From positions 1,862,058-1,926,057 of the forward strand of contig JAKMXF010000111.1 of assembly GCA_024704765.1 (NCBI GenBank): a stretch of 64,000 nucleotides of DNA. Direction: 5' to 3'. The DNA is from Oopsacas minuta (Eukaryota > Animalia > Porifera). The position numbers were made by a program, and so were the translations under genes. Positions within the stretch are counted from its first letter, which is position 1; every line of letters starts with the position of its first letter. Shown piece by piece: positions 1 to 12,714 of this stretch. A model generated the notes under the pieces. The model did not search any database. It worked only from the letters and a program-made list of their open reading frames with translations, and had not been told where the DNA came from.

Positions 1-1440
1 AGTACCGATGTAAGCGACACAGCTCCACTGGCAATCTTTGTACGTGGTGTCACAGAAAGTTTCGAAATAATCGAAGAACTGCTCGACTTATGTCCAATGA
101 AAGACACAACAACTGGGCAAGATATTTTCAATGTAATAAAACATGTGTTTACGAAATTCAAACTTGCAGATGAAAAACTAAGTCGTTTAACAACCGATGG
201 AGCCCCTGCTATGACAGGAAAGCATAAAGGTTTTGTTAGCCTTATGCTCAAATCATGACCTCTCCAGTTATGGCATACCACTGCATTATTCATCAAGAAC
301 AGCTTTGTGTTATAACCTTAGATATGAAACATGTGATGGAAAATGTCCTCAATACAGTCAATTTCATAAGGTCGAAGGGACTCAATCACAGACAATTCCA
401 AGAGTTTCTTGCAGAGGTAGGATCAGACTATAACGATGTTATTTACTTTAGCCAAGTTCGCTGGCTCAGCAGAGCGTCTACTCTAACCAGATACTGGTCA
501 CTACTTGAAGAAATACAAACATTCATGACCATTAAGGGAAAGGATGTGAGCTTTCTGGAAAATGATCAGTGGTTGAATGATCTCGCATTTCTAGTTGACA
601 TAACTAAGTATCTCGCAGATTTAAATCTGAAACTACAAGGAAGAAAACAATTCGTTAACAACCTGTATGAGCATGTCAAAGCGTTCATCAACAAATTACA
701 ATTATTCCACCAACAATTTATTATGAAAAAGGTGCTACATTTCTCAACATAATCTTCAAGAAAAAGTGAGACAGTGAACCATGACAAGTATTCTGTGCTG
801 ATCAACAGCTTAATCGATGAATTTAAACTTAGATTTTCTGATTTTAGTGACAAATTCGATGAAATGGAGTTGTTTGTTTGCAGATCCGTTTGGAACTGAT
901 GCAACTAATGCTCGGAAATGTTCCAACTGGAACTAATTGAAATACATAATAACTCGGAGAGAAAGAGAGCTTTTACAGAGCATGACCTTCTGACATTTTA
1001 TAGTCAATATGTTACATCGGATCTATTTCCTAATTTATCACAACACGCACTTAGGTTCCTTTCCTTATTTGGCAGCACGTATTGCTGTGAACAGCTTTTC
1101 TCAATGATGAAAAATGTTAAAAGCAAGTCTAGATCACTCCTGACAGACACTCATCTATCAGGAATATTACTGATTGCGACATCAAGTGTACGAGCAGATA
1201 TTGACTCTTTGTGTAAACAAAAACAAAGACAGATATCCCATTAGATATGTTCTTTATTATTGAAGTTTACTATAATTTAATAAAACATGTAGTGGTTTTT
1301 CAATTCTGAAATAATCCGTATTAACGCCATCCCCAAATAAATAACATCATGCTACCTTGATATATCCAATGTCGTGCGGCCCTTAAGTAGTTAAAGAAGC
1401 CCTAATTTGGCCCGCGAACAAAAAAGATTGGACAAGCCTG
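1..1440 (+). mobile_element. Degraded hAT DNA transposon (Buster/SPIN/Charlie, GTF2IRD2-like transposase), 3' part; left end lies outside the window
   Basis: Frame 1 from base 1 reads STDVSDTAPLAIFVRG...LTTDGAPAMTGK. Frameshifted pieces follow: HCIIHQEQLC...VRWLSR (255-752) and FGSTYCCEQLFSMMKNVKSKSRSLLTDTHL (918-1244). Subterminal GCGGCCC motifs are present and the right TIR ttggacaagcctg ends at 1440 (rc CAGGCTTGTCCAA). Confidence 0.9.
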
Positions 1441-1499
1441 CTATAAGCGATTTGTCGCTCAAGCCGATGTCGTTAAATCCAATGTTTACTGTAGAACTT

Positions 1500-4400
1500 C
1501 AAGGATTGGTTTCTTCTGTCACCACAACACTGGCGAACCCTAAGGCTTAGGAACTTCAGAAATCAACAATTCTACGAACTTGGGTGAAATAATCACTAAT
1601 AATCCCAAATTTAGCCAACTTGGATTAGTTGTGTAAAGTGTAACCAGACCCCAATTTCTATTAACTTAACTATGTGGCGACCTCAAATTCCTAGAACTTG
1701 ACGGCCTGTGGTAACAAGTGATCCTAAACTATATGAACTTGACATAGTAAGGATGTCTAAACTCAAATGTGCAAGTACGAATTTCATGGTTACCACATTT
1801 CCCAAAGTTCGTGAAGATGGCTTCATTGATGATATCAGTTAAGGTAAGTAGCTCAATGTAGTGGTGTCAACACCGGCATATGCAGTGGTTTCTCCAATTT
1901 ATTGGAATACACAAGAGTGCGACAGTGTTCCCAATTTTTACGAACTTGACAGATTGGAGTTATCCTTCAAACTAATCTCTACGAACATAACTAATCGACT
2001 ACCTATCACAATATTCATTTTCTATCTTTATCAATAGTGAACCCAATATTCGCAAACTTTAGGAAGTGTGGTAACCATGGAGGTTGGGAACACTGGATAA
2101 CATACTTAGTAATTTTATTCAAAGTTGAGGCTGCCATAAGATCAAGAACGTATATATTGGGATCAATGTCGTCCCAATCAATACATAGTGCAATTGGGTT
2201 TATGGTGTCCCTACAAGGCACGTTCAAACAAATTTGGAACACTGATCAACACATTATTATCTTGATGTAGTGTAGTAGCTGGTGATCCCAATTTCTACAG
2301 CTCCAATTTAGACCAATATTTAGATCATACGCTTGACATAGTGCTCTCAGCAGTGATTTTGCAGTTTTGACGAATATACCTGTGAGTGTAACAGTGTGAA
2401 TACCTTTTGATCATAGAGCTAGAGTACATAGGAGGGGTAGTAACGGGTATAATTCTGAATCTTGTGAGTGAAATTCCTTTGATACTAAATGTAGGTTACA
2501 TTGGAGGGGGAGTTACTTTTTCTATCCGGAATCTTGACCAAACTTCATCTTCTGAATTAAGCCAAATGAGATTCGTATTGGATTTAGAGAACGAAATGGA
2601 TAGTCAAGACTAACATTATAGCTTCTGGAAAACGGGCATCTAAGCGAGAGACGTCTGCAGGAATTGGGTACTTTGTCAATTTCCAAAAGATTACAAAATG
2701 AGTAAGATAAAGGTGTTTTAGTTATCCTACAACATTTTCAGACAAAAAGTCTGCTTTAAATTTTTGAAAAGACGTACGTGAGTTTGGCTCCCACATTATT
2801 CTGCCATTTTTCGCCACTTTCAGTCTAAAACTGGATTGCAACATAATTGTACTTTAGGTGGAATGTGCGATGAATCATTTAGTCTAGAATATATACAACA
2901 ACCAAACTACGATATTTGTGTTCGTAGAGACTTTTGCAAAGAATATATTCTGTAAAGCATCAATAACACTGGAATCCTAAAGCGTTTCACAAAGTATCCA
3001 CTTCTTGCTGACAAAACTCGTTTAGATGCCCGTTTGACTAGAAGATATAATGGTAATCTATTCATCAATATCGTCCTCTAAATCCCAAACAAAATTTCCT
3101 TAGGCCTCAATATTCGTTAAATGAATGTTTGGTTAATGAACTTGAAGGATTGGTCTTCAGTTGCCAAAATTTCCGCCAACCTTGGGGATTAGGTCATCAG
3201 CTAACTATGTTTCTACTATCCAGGCTCGAACATGTGAAGTCACCAGTGACCATAATTACTATAAACTTAACTGAGTGGTGACCCAATTCTATGAAGTCGA
3301 CGAATTATGGCAACCAATGGTAATCACTTCTATGGATACCTAAATCCTTCTGTGAAAATTAGTGTCACTGTTGATTACAGGCAAAAAAGTTCATATTTTG
3401 TGAATTGGTCAGTCGGTTGAGTAAGTAGTGATTAGTGTGACGGTTAACTCCTATCTGTCAAGTTCATGGAAGTGACAACACTCCATCTAGTTCGTGGAAT
3501 TTTTGTGATCCCAATGCTGAACAAAATCAAACAGTAAATTGAGGCACAACATAATAAAGTACAGTATTTATGGGATCTCTTGCAACAATCAATATGGGAG
3601 GTAGAAATTCCTTGTCTGACATGTATCAACAAAGAACACAATCCTCACGAACTTTGTGAAGCGTTGTGAACAAGGAAGTTGGGAACATTGATTGCTACAC
3701 TCCGTCAAGTTCATAACAATTGAAGTTGCTTATCTGGCAACTTCATAGAAATTATCTGGGAATTTCAGGCTGGTCGACAAACTTCGTCAATAATTTATCT
3801 TGAAGTGATGTGGTATGGGTAATTTCAATTTCTACGAGCTAGACCGTGTAATGACACCAGTAAGTACAATTATCACGAGGATGACGGAAAGTGATATCCA
3901 GTCACCTCAATTAATACTAATTAGACATACAGCAGTAACCAGTACAAAAGTTATTTTGATAATGGTTTCAAATGATTTCATGTTCTAAATCCTCAACAAA
4001 ATCTCAATTTGGGACATAATTCTGAAAATTATAGTTGGCCAAGATTCAGGATTCAAACCGTAACCCTACTTCAATAGACACTACCAGTACTGTCAAAAGA
4101 ATTGTACTGAGAAGATTCAGGACACAAACCGTAACTCCCCCAAATGTAGCTACTTACACGATAAATGATATTGTAACAATGTCACACTAACACGTATATT
4201 CGCCGCAGATGGAACACTACTGGTCATATCACTGGTGACAACACTACGTGAGCTCCTAGAAATTGGGATCACTGGTTAACACGCTCCGTGAAGATCATAT
4301 AAATTGGGTATACTAGTTCCACCAGTTCGTGAAGTTGTTATAATTTGCAGGGCCTGGATTTCCCTTCCGATCTTCAACGTGATAATTATAGTCAGTGGTG

Positions 4401-4650
4401 TACTTACTTTGTAAAACTCGTAGAATTTGAAATCACCTGTCAACACCTTAAGTCATGAAAAATTCTGGGCTGATGTGTTGACCAATCATCCCAACTTCTA
4501 AAAGCTTAACAAAGTAGGGACCCAGAACCTAATTCGCACGTACTCCATTAATTTGAACAGAATCCCAATATTCAAGTACTTGATCATGTGGCAGTCTCAA
4601 TTTTCATAAATCGAAGAATTATGGTAACAAGTCTTCCCAAGTTTCATGGT
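1500..4650. repeat. Degenerate modular repeat field with partial inverted symmetry (foldback-like)
   Basis: Recurring motifs cccaatttcta(c)gaactt and (a/g)tgg(t/c)aac occur in both orientations. 2281-2307 is mirrored by about 4250-4276, and about 2430-2600 is mirrored by about 3980-4150. Confidence 0.6.
2621..3045. mobile_element. MITE (~425 bp) with ~28-bp TIRs in a TATA context
   Basis: Left end gcttctggaaaacgggcatctaagcgag; right end ctcgtttagatgcccgtttgactagaaga (imperfect inverted match). Confidence 0.65.
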
Positions 4651-5792
4651 TGCCAGTTAATCAAAAACTTAACTCAGTTAATAATTAATCCATTAACCAA
4701 AAAAGTTAACTTCCTTAACAGTTAATCCGTTAATTGTCCAAAAAGTAAAGGAAGTTATCATTAAACCGTTAACGTTAACTTATATTATACAAATTTAGCG
4801 GGATTCAGATAGACTTAACTGAAACAGAATTTCAATTTGTAATAATATATATCTGAGATTACCTAATGCATAGTAGCGATGATTATCTGTATACTAAATC
4901 ATTATTATATAGTTGTAACCTATAAGTTAAATCCGCTAAACAAACAACAACAAAATACGGCTCCTTTGCTCTATACACCATCAAATGAGCATTTGTTACC
5001 TCACACAGATATTATGAGATGATCTGGACGTGCGGCGACTATGTTGACTACATTTGGGCGAATGAACAAAGAAGCTAAGCGTGCAGATCATACAAACCGG
5101 TAAGCATGTATCAACCTCGTTAGTCAACTCCCTAGGGAAGTGCAACCGACATCCAAGGCGTAGATTAATGAGGTTAGGAAGGAAATGATTCGAATAAAGA
5201 TACAAGGACGTTCATTAGTTATGTACGGGTAGTAATGATAGAGAAAGGAATCCCTTTGGCCAGTGGTTGGCAACAAGCAGATGTGGTTAGGGTGATCTCG
5301 CCCTATCTTCAACTTTTCCAGTATCTTTGTATCGCCTAATAGTGCGGTACACAAATTTCCTTTTGTTTAGAGGGAGTTTCAGGATCTTCAAAATTTCCCT
5401 TGAAGGATGTGCTTTTGTAAATAATTCTACAAATTGCCGACCTCTCACGTTCCATCACTGATAAAATTGAAATTTCTCTACAATTGTACTCTGAAACTGT
5501 ATATTTATGTTAAATACAGTATAATAAGGTAAACTAATAAGATATATCTAATAGCAAAGACTCAGCATGGAAAAATGGTTCTTATAAATCATGGGACAGA
5601 ACTTAAAAGCCACCCTGTAGTTAACTAATAGAATTGATGTTTTTAACGAATTCCTATCCAAATATCATTACCATGGCAACAAAATAAAATGTAGGAATTT
5701 ACGCAATAGTTTTCAATCTAGCTAGGTAGTACTTGTATGTTATTACATTTAGGATATATATGTGTAATTGTTGATTAATTCAGTTAAAGCAA

Positions 5793-7794
5793 ATGAGTGA
5801 AGGAACGTACCATGAACATGCAAAAACTAGAATTTGTCGCTGGTGTTGTTCGAAAGTTAGCAAAATTGTTTTGAGGAATAATCACCTAAAGGACACTAAG
5901 TTAGGTGAATTATGCAACCAATATTTGGAACCAATCAATATTTTAGAAGATAATCGCCCTTATATCGTGTGTATACTTGTAAGCTCTACTTGTTTACTCT
6001 GTCTTCAGTGGATACCACGAGGAGAACACCCGCATGATATGATTGACCTATAATTCGTAACATGCGCTTAAACACCTGCCGCATTGGGAACTTATGTTCA
6101 ATGTGTACCGAGAGTTCAAGGTTCGGTCGCAAGAATCAAGCTTCATCTTCGATAATCCATATAAAGCCAGGAAGACCAACAATCAATTCACCTCAAAAGA
6201 TGATCAAGATATGTAACAAATGTGCGAGTCATGTTAGTCCAGGAGTTAGTCATATCTGTTTGAAAAAGACATTGATTACCAACGCACATAATATGTTGGA
6301 ACACCATAACGCTATTGATACATTCGTTGGTGATAATGTATACCAAAGATTACATGAATGTAGCCACAACAAATCTTCAATTCAGTTGCCTAAAACTTCA
6401 GGTGGGAATCCGTTTCATCTTTCTGTCTCCTCTTCCAGTACTGACGAACGTCCAGCCAAATTACCAAAAATGGATTTCTCTTACATCGCGAATTTGAAGT
6501 GTTCAGGAATGTCATTGTTTAATAAGCAATTAAAGGTGGTAACTCGAATTATTAGAGATGTTGGAGGTCCATGTCCATCAATGGATAGCTACTATAGAGA
6601 ACGACATTTGTTGTGCGACGAAATATTCGAATGCATCCAGATTGAGCTGGACTATAGTAAAGAGAAATACAAGTCAGAATATAGGAACTCCTGGATAGTG
6701 AGATGTTGTAATATCGATGCCCTGATAGAAAAGATCTTTAATATCAGCGGAGAAATATCGGTACATGATCTTCATTTCAAGCTTGGATTAGACTTTGGTC
6801 GTGGTTTCACTAAACTACTTATGTGTCTACAGAATGATAATTCTGTCGATAACCTGGTTAATCTATGGGCTACGAGTGCCCCCGAGTGTAATTATAACTT
6901 CTCCGTTATGCTCAAGATGACCAGATAAAGCGGTTGATGGAAGAATACAACGTTTCATTTACAGTAGATTTGAAAGCTGCTAGTTATTGCTTGGGAATGT
7001 TGAACGGACGTCACCCTTGTATATGGTGTACTTGGGACAATAGAAGGGGTTTAGACAATGTTCAGTGGGAAGAATGATCATCTGCTCACCATCTAGAGAT
7101 GTTTCAAAAGCTTCAAGATATGTATCGGGGAGATTCTAAGAATCATGCAATTGATTGCGATGGTATTGAGGATCGCCAAGCACTAAATGTATGGTTGGTA
7201 GATTTCATGCAAAAATGTTTAATCTTCCCGAGTTACATCTGTTACCTGGGATAGGACAGAAGTTATACGATGCCATCCTCATCACAATGTCTGAGACCAA
7301 AAAGAACACCATGAGCAATACTAATAAAACTGAATATTCATAGAAGTGCTTACTATGGAGGAGCATTTGAAGGTAATGCAATGAGGAAAATCACAAAGAA
7401 GGTATTGGAACTCGGGTTTCCAAAGAGTAATTCATCTTATATCACGCTTGTAAAATTCAGGGATGTTGTTGATTCTTGCTTCGGGAAACACATAAAGGAA
7501 GATTTCAAAATGGCAGTATACCATTTTAAACAATCATTTAAACAATCAGGACTTTCTTGCTCTACAAAAGTTAATGTTCTATATAGGCACCTAATTCCGT
7601 TTATCAGGAATTATCTTCCAGATTGAATGGGTTTGGGATCAGTTTCAGAACCAGCATTTGAATCTGCCCATTCTAGATTTGGTAGAGTTTGGGAGACAAG
7701 ATATAAATGTCAAGAGGAAAATGAAAAATTTCCAGAGTGCTTATTAAACACAGTATCAGATGTAAACTTCGCCAATTTCATAAATAAATCATAG
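5793..7794 (+). mobile_element. Pseudogenised DDE transposase of the Transib/Chapaev/RAG1-core type
   Basis: Broken ORFs give an N-terminal Cys/His-rich region, then LGLDFGRG (D1), TVDLKAASYCLGMLNGRHPCIWC (D2 plus CxxC), PELHLL, YYGGAFEGNAMRKI, STKVNVLYRHL and GLGSVSEPAFESAHSRF (E). The order matches RAG1/Transib core motifs. Several stops and frameshifts; TIRs not found. Confidence 0.75.
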
Positions 7795-8735
7795 TAAGGT
7801 AAGCTAGGTCATGTTCTACATTATATTAGGAATAATAATAATTGGTGGTTAGCTATGGTTAAGCATCAATAATCACACGTATATATCCTAAATGTAATAT
7901 CATACAAGCACTACCTAGCTAGATTGAAAACTGTTGCGTAAATTCATACATTTCATTTTGTTGCCATGATAATGACATTTTGGATAGGAATTCGTTAAAA
8001 ACATCAATTCTATTAGGTATGTAGTAATTAAATTGAATTCTAGGAAGAAATATGTCCGGGAAGAATCACGATAATATATTAAAAACGGGGATATGTCAAA
8101 ATTATTGTAGCCAGAATTTTTTGATTTCATAGATTTTTGCATAATCTGTAAAAACAATTTAATGGCAGGAAAAATTTTTGGAGTGTATATTCGGATTTCT
8201 CATAAAATTCTGTATAAGAAAGTGAAAAAATCTCAACGACCTCATTTTTTTGTCATAATGTTTTTCCAGGTACCCGTGAATATAGCAGCAGGGATCTTTC
8301 CGAAGAAATTCACGGACTAAACATTGGTGTAGACACTGGGGTGGGGGGTGGCTTCAGACCCCCACTGGTTATTTATTGATATAGAGAATTTATGTATCTA
8401 CCCCAACTGAGTAACACCTAATGAACAATATTTCAGGTCCACTAATGAACAACACTCCTTTGGTTTCAACCATACTTGCTTAGAGGAAATTCCTATATTT
8501 TGTCACAATATCTTTTGTGAACCAGAATTTTCCAAATAGACGCACTCGACTATCATTGAGTGAAATGAAACTCTATTATTTCCCACACTTATCATTTGTA
8601 TATCATCTACAGTCTGTCAACTAATTATTTAGAATATACTCAGTAATAATAGAACCAAGTCATACATTTATATTGAAGTTATACTCTTAACCCGAGTATG
8701 GCTAGGTGGGGTATTTTTGTACCCCAGAAAAAATT

Positions 8736-8903
8736 GGGGTACAAATATACCCCACTCAGTATATATTCGCTCTTTGTATTTGGGGTACAAATATACCCCA
8801 CTCAGTATATATTCGCACTTTGTAATTGGGGTACAAATATACCCCACTCAGTATATATTCGCACTTTGTAATTGGGGCACAAATATACCCCACTCAGTAT
8901 ATA
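8736..8903. repeat. Tandem repeat, 46-bp unit, about 3.7 copies, running into an assembly N
   Basis: Unit ggggtacaaatataccccactcagtatatattcgcactttgtaatt starts at 8736, 8782, 8828 and 8874. Each unit has an internal GGGGTA...TACCCC hairpin. Confidence 0.9.
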
Positions 8904-8904
8904 N
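8904..8904. other. Ambiguous base, probable scaffold join
   Basis: Single n. Sequence on either side is unrelated (tandem repeat on the left, start of the duplicated block on the right). Confidence 0.75.
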
Positions 8905-11900
8905 ACAGCATACTTATATAAGTAACACAGTATAATTTCTGCCTTGAAATAAGTTCAAAATATTATTGCTTTCGAAAGAATAGTGAAACTGCTTAAGTCC
9001 GGACTTAAGGGCTTGCCCCATGTCTGCCGGCGGCCGCGGGTCCACTCACTTCGTACTCGGCGTAAGTACTTTCTGTTGTACTTTTCTCCAAAACAGATTA
9101 TCAATTCTTGTATAAATTGTATAGGATGAATATTCGGATAAGACGTACTTCTGTTAGTACGTACTAATTTTTGTTTCACGAAGGGGTACATACGTGCATA
9201 CGTCTTATCCGAGTTCTACTGTGTATAAAGTGGAACTCGAATAACATGTACCTATCAGGAACCTATACTTACTCGAGAGTACCAATTATCGAATAAGCAG
9301 GAACCTTCCTCTCATTAATTTTTGAAAATCTCCACCCACGAATAGGAATATTATTAAAATGGTTTGTATCAAGAAGCAGTACGTCTTGACTCAAGTTCTA
9401 CTCTATGTACTATTTGCTTAGGGATATTCAAGAATTCAATGTGTTTTTCTAACAAGCGATGGGTAAGTTTCTATTTGTATTCTCTCAAGAATGATATATA
9501 TCATACAGTAGTGTCTGTAATAGCAATCGTTTAACAGCAATATAGAAACATTAATGATGACATAAAGTGCATTATCTATTGTAAATAGTTCTCATAATAG
9601 TAAATTCGTGTAGCAAGAAAATTACTGCAAAATATGATTTGCTAATTTGGCAAATTTTACTATCCACTGACTGTATACACAAGAATACATTACACTACAT
9701 ATAATGTAATTTCTAGGACTTGGTCTACTGAAGGAATCAAGACGGTTATTAATAGGAACGGTAGTGTGGAATGCACCACTATACATCTATCAACATTCGC
9801 AATATTAGTTTCCACAGCATCAAAATGCGAAAAACCAATCAGCGATATTTCGCAATTACTCTTACAGATAACAAGCTATACTCTACTCTCAATTTCTCTG
9901 ATATTTCTACTCATGTCACTTTTCATTTTCATATTTTCAGGAAAAAGATTCTTTCGTTTAGACATCAATGTAATGCATTTTAATCATACCGTGGGTATCT
10001 TGCTAGCCATATTTGTCTTCATATTTGGTGCAGAACTATTTGTAGAATATCCAGCTGTTTGCACCATAGTTGCATTCCTATTGCATTTCTTATGGACAAA
10101 TGTGTTTCTGTCTTCTCTCGCCACGGCTGTACTCATTTTCTATTCAATTTGGATAGTAGGACTCAATACACGAAGGAAACTATTCCCTATTCTTATCCCG
10201 ATAAGTTGGGTTGTATCATTCCTCTGGGCTGTAATATGGATTATTTATGGGAAAGTTGTTGCTGTTGCCTACTTAGATTCACAAATTGAGTCTAACAAAA
10301 CAGATATGAATTGTAGTAATCCATGCTTTATAAGCACGCGAGCGAATTTGATTTGGACATTCTTAGTCCCTATTTTCGTTGTCCTTGCAGTAAATATCCT
10401 AATACTAATCCTTGTACTCATCAAAATACGAATGGTTCTAAATAGGACAAAAGGTGCTGAATCAGAATTGAAGAGGTTTAGAAGAGTGGCCTTTGGCGCT
10501 ATGGTTTTGGTTCCAACTTTAAGTCTTCCTTTCATCATATCGATACCTTTGGCATTCCTTAGGTTTTACCGTGACAACGAATTAGCAGCCACAATCTTCC
10601 TATGGGTCTATGTAATTTCTACTACACCAATTGGACTGGTTCACTTTTTCCTTGTCACCTTCAGGATACCTGAAGCTAGATTACCAAATGTATTCTGTAG
10701 AAAAAAATATTTCGTGAAAGATCCAACTACTAGAAGTAGTAGTGTCGGGGGATTGAAATCACCTTTACCAAAATCAAATGAGGATAACACCACTGCTCTG
10801 AAGTTCAATATAATACGTCCAGTCGCAAAAGGTACCGTAACTGATATTGTGAATGAGATTAATAGTAAGGGACCTTTATGACACTTTGTATGTATTCTCA
10901 TTTGTTTACCAACATTGATAAATGCTGTAGAGAATATTATCATATGTAACATTTAACCAGGTGATAAATGCTGGGGTACAATTTGTGTGAGGTATGACTG
11001 TTTGTATTAACTTTGATTTAGGAATTTGGTGAAGCAATTTTTCTAAATAATTCCCAAATTATATGCTTAGTAAGCATGTTTGGCGAAAAGGCATATTAAA
11101 TATTATGATGATAAAGTTCGAAAGTTCAGAAATTATAGCACAGACAATGACTGGCACATGTCATGTCAATATTCACTATAACTCGAAAATCAAGTAGAGT
11201 AGAGCCTAGTTAATACGAATATGGTTAAGATGTAACTCAGGGTAAGGAGTTCGAATCTTGTCAGTCCCCTGGTGTATGTCTCATCGAGACTCTACTGTAT
11301 GTACGTATATGTACATATATACAGATTAATTGCGGTATAACAGTATAGATAAGTAATTACTCCATACTTGACGTATAATATAAATGCCCAAGTGCATGTC
11401 ACCTGGTATACTATCATTGTTTAATGGCAGCACTGCCTCACAAAAGAAAGATCGTCTGAGGAAGGCAAACTCATACAAATGAAGTTAGTGTCAGATGTAG
11501 ATAAACAGTAGCAAGATGACAAATTAGTTCAGTTAGCGTAGCATGCGGAACGATGCTTTGTTTGCTGAGAGAAGTCGTGCGAGCCAATTGACAAACACTT
11601 AGATAAATCTCAGAGTCAAATACGTATGTAGTAATGTCAAAGCTTAGCCAGCACAGAACTGTTAGTATCAGCATGCACCATGAGTAAGGGTACCAATATT
11701 TCGAAAATTGCATGTAAAATGGAAAAAAACATGTGTAATATGTTATTAGTTAATGAAAAGAAGTATCAAAATTATAAATATTTGTATAAACTATAAAATG
11801 AGAAAATAAGAAAATGAAAAATGAGTAATATACTAATTGGATAAAGCAAGATTATAGGAAATACACTCAAAGTAAGGAAAATGTTAATATTTCTGGAAAC

Positions 11901-12714
11901 AGCCTTTACTTTCAATGCCATAATTCACACATATAATATTATTTGAGTTATCTAATACAATACCGCATAGGTAAGAGAGATGTCCTATACCCAGAATATG
12001 CTTCATCACTCCTTGAGGTGAGAAGATACGGATTTCGTTAGCTGTAATGTCTGTAATTAAGAAGTTCCCCTTCTTATCAATCGTGAAGAAGACAGCTAAT
12101 GTTATTTGCTGATCCTGTCCAGTTAGCAGGAGATTATTCTGGAGAATACAGTCTCTGTTGTAGCAGTAGATGGAGTTTCTGTTTTGAGATAGGATGTAGA
12201 TTCTGTCAGAGAATACTGTAATGTCTTTTGGAAGTTTGAGTTCTCCGTAGCCGAACTGTTTAATGAAGTTAAGATTAGAATCAAATATTTGAATTCTTTG
12301 TATATTACAATCACAGACATATATTAACCCAGCTTCATGACACAATCCTGAGATAGTTTTAAATCGTCCTGCTGTATAGCCTCTTGAGCCTGTTTCCTTT
12401 AGGAATTGTCCTCCTAGACTAAACTTCACAAGAGACTCTTTAGCTTGATCAGTAACGAATACTTCCTCTTTTGACAGACATATAGAGTATGGCTCCTTCA
12501 AGTGGTCAGTCCCAAAAGAACGTAAATACTTTCCTTCAGTATTCAACACTTGAATACGACTGTTGCTTTTGTCACAAATATACAATTCATTACTTGCTCT
12601 ATCTACTGCTATTCCTCTGGGATTAATCAACTCTCCATTTCCTGTACCCCTCTTACAAACTTTAAGAATAGGGTTTTCCCTCCTCACGTATTCAGGAATG
12701 ATTTCAAACAAATC
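8905..12714. repeat. Left arm of a near-identical inverted segmental duplication (partner about 47131-50940)
   Basis: Reverse-complement identity: 8905 pairs with 50940, GPCR stop 10881 with 48963 and NHL stop 11884 with 47961. About 99% outside the NHL exon by eye. Confidence 0.95.
9422..10881 (+). CDS. Adhesion GPCR (secretin-like 7TM), 5'-truncated copy: GPS mini-exon 9422-9462 plus GPS/7TM exon 9717-10881
   Basis: Spliced product GYSRIQCVFLTSDG-TWSTEGIKTVINRNGSVECTTIHLSTFAILVS (GPS, HL/S cleavage motif), then seven hydrophobic helices including CTIVAFLLHF and CFIS...IWTFLVP. AG/GT splice sites and phases fit. Upstream GAIN and lectin exons are absent on this side of the N. Confidence 0.85.

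Noticed and set aside
4996-5354. Two overlapping minus-strand ORFs in a GC-richer patch
   Set aside because: No recognisable family; a faint Tc1-like peptide (RYKDTGKVEDR) is too short to call.
5340-8340. TIRs for the Transib-like element
   Set aside because: Several CAC/GTG candidates were checked and none formed a convincing inverted pair with a TSD.
8736-8903. 46-bp hairpin-containing repeats as a CRISPR array
   Set aside because: Units are contiguous with no unique spacers, no cas genes are present, and the DNA is eukaryotic.
8955-9191. Identical 78-aa ORF here and at 50654-50890 (likewise 11471-11713 and 48113-48373)
   Set aside because: Identity reflects the recent duplication. They lie in intronic/MITE or 3' flank DNA and show no protein-like features.
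11203-11270. tRNA gene (GGAGTTCGAATC B-box; mirrored at about 48575-48642)
   Set aside because: No cloverleaf or acceptor stem can be folded; at most a tRNA-derived SINE remnant.
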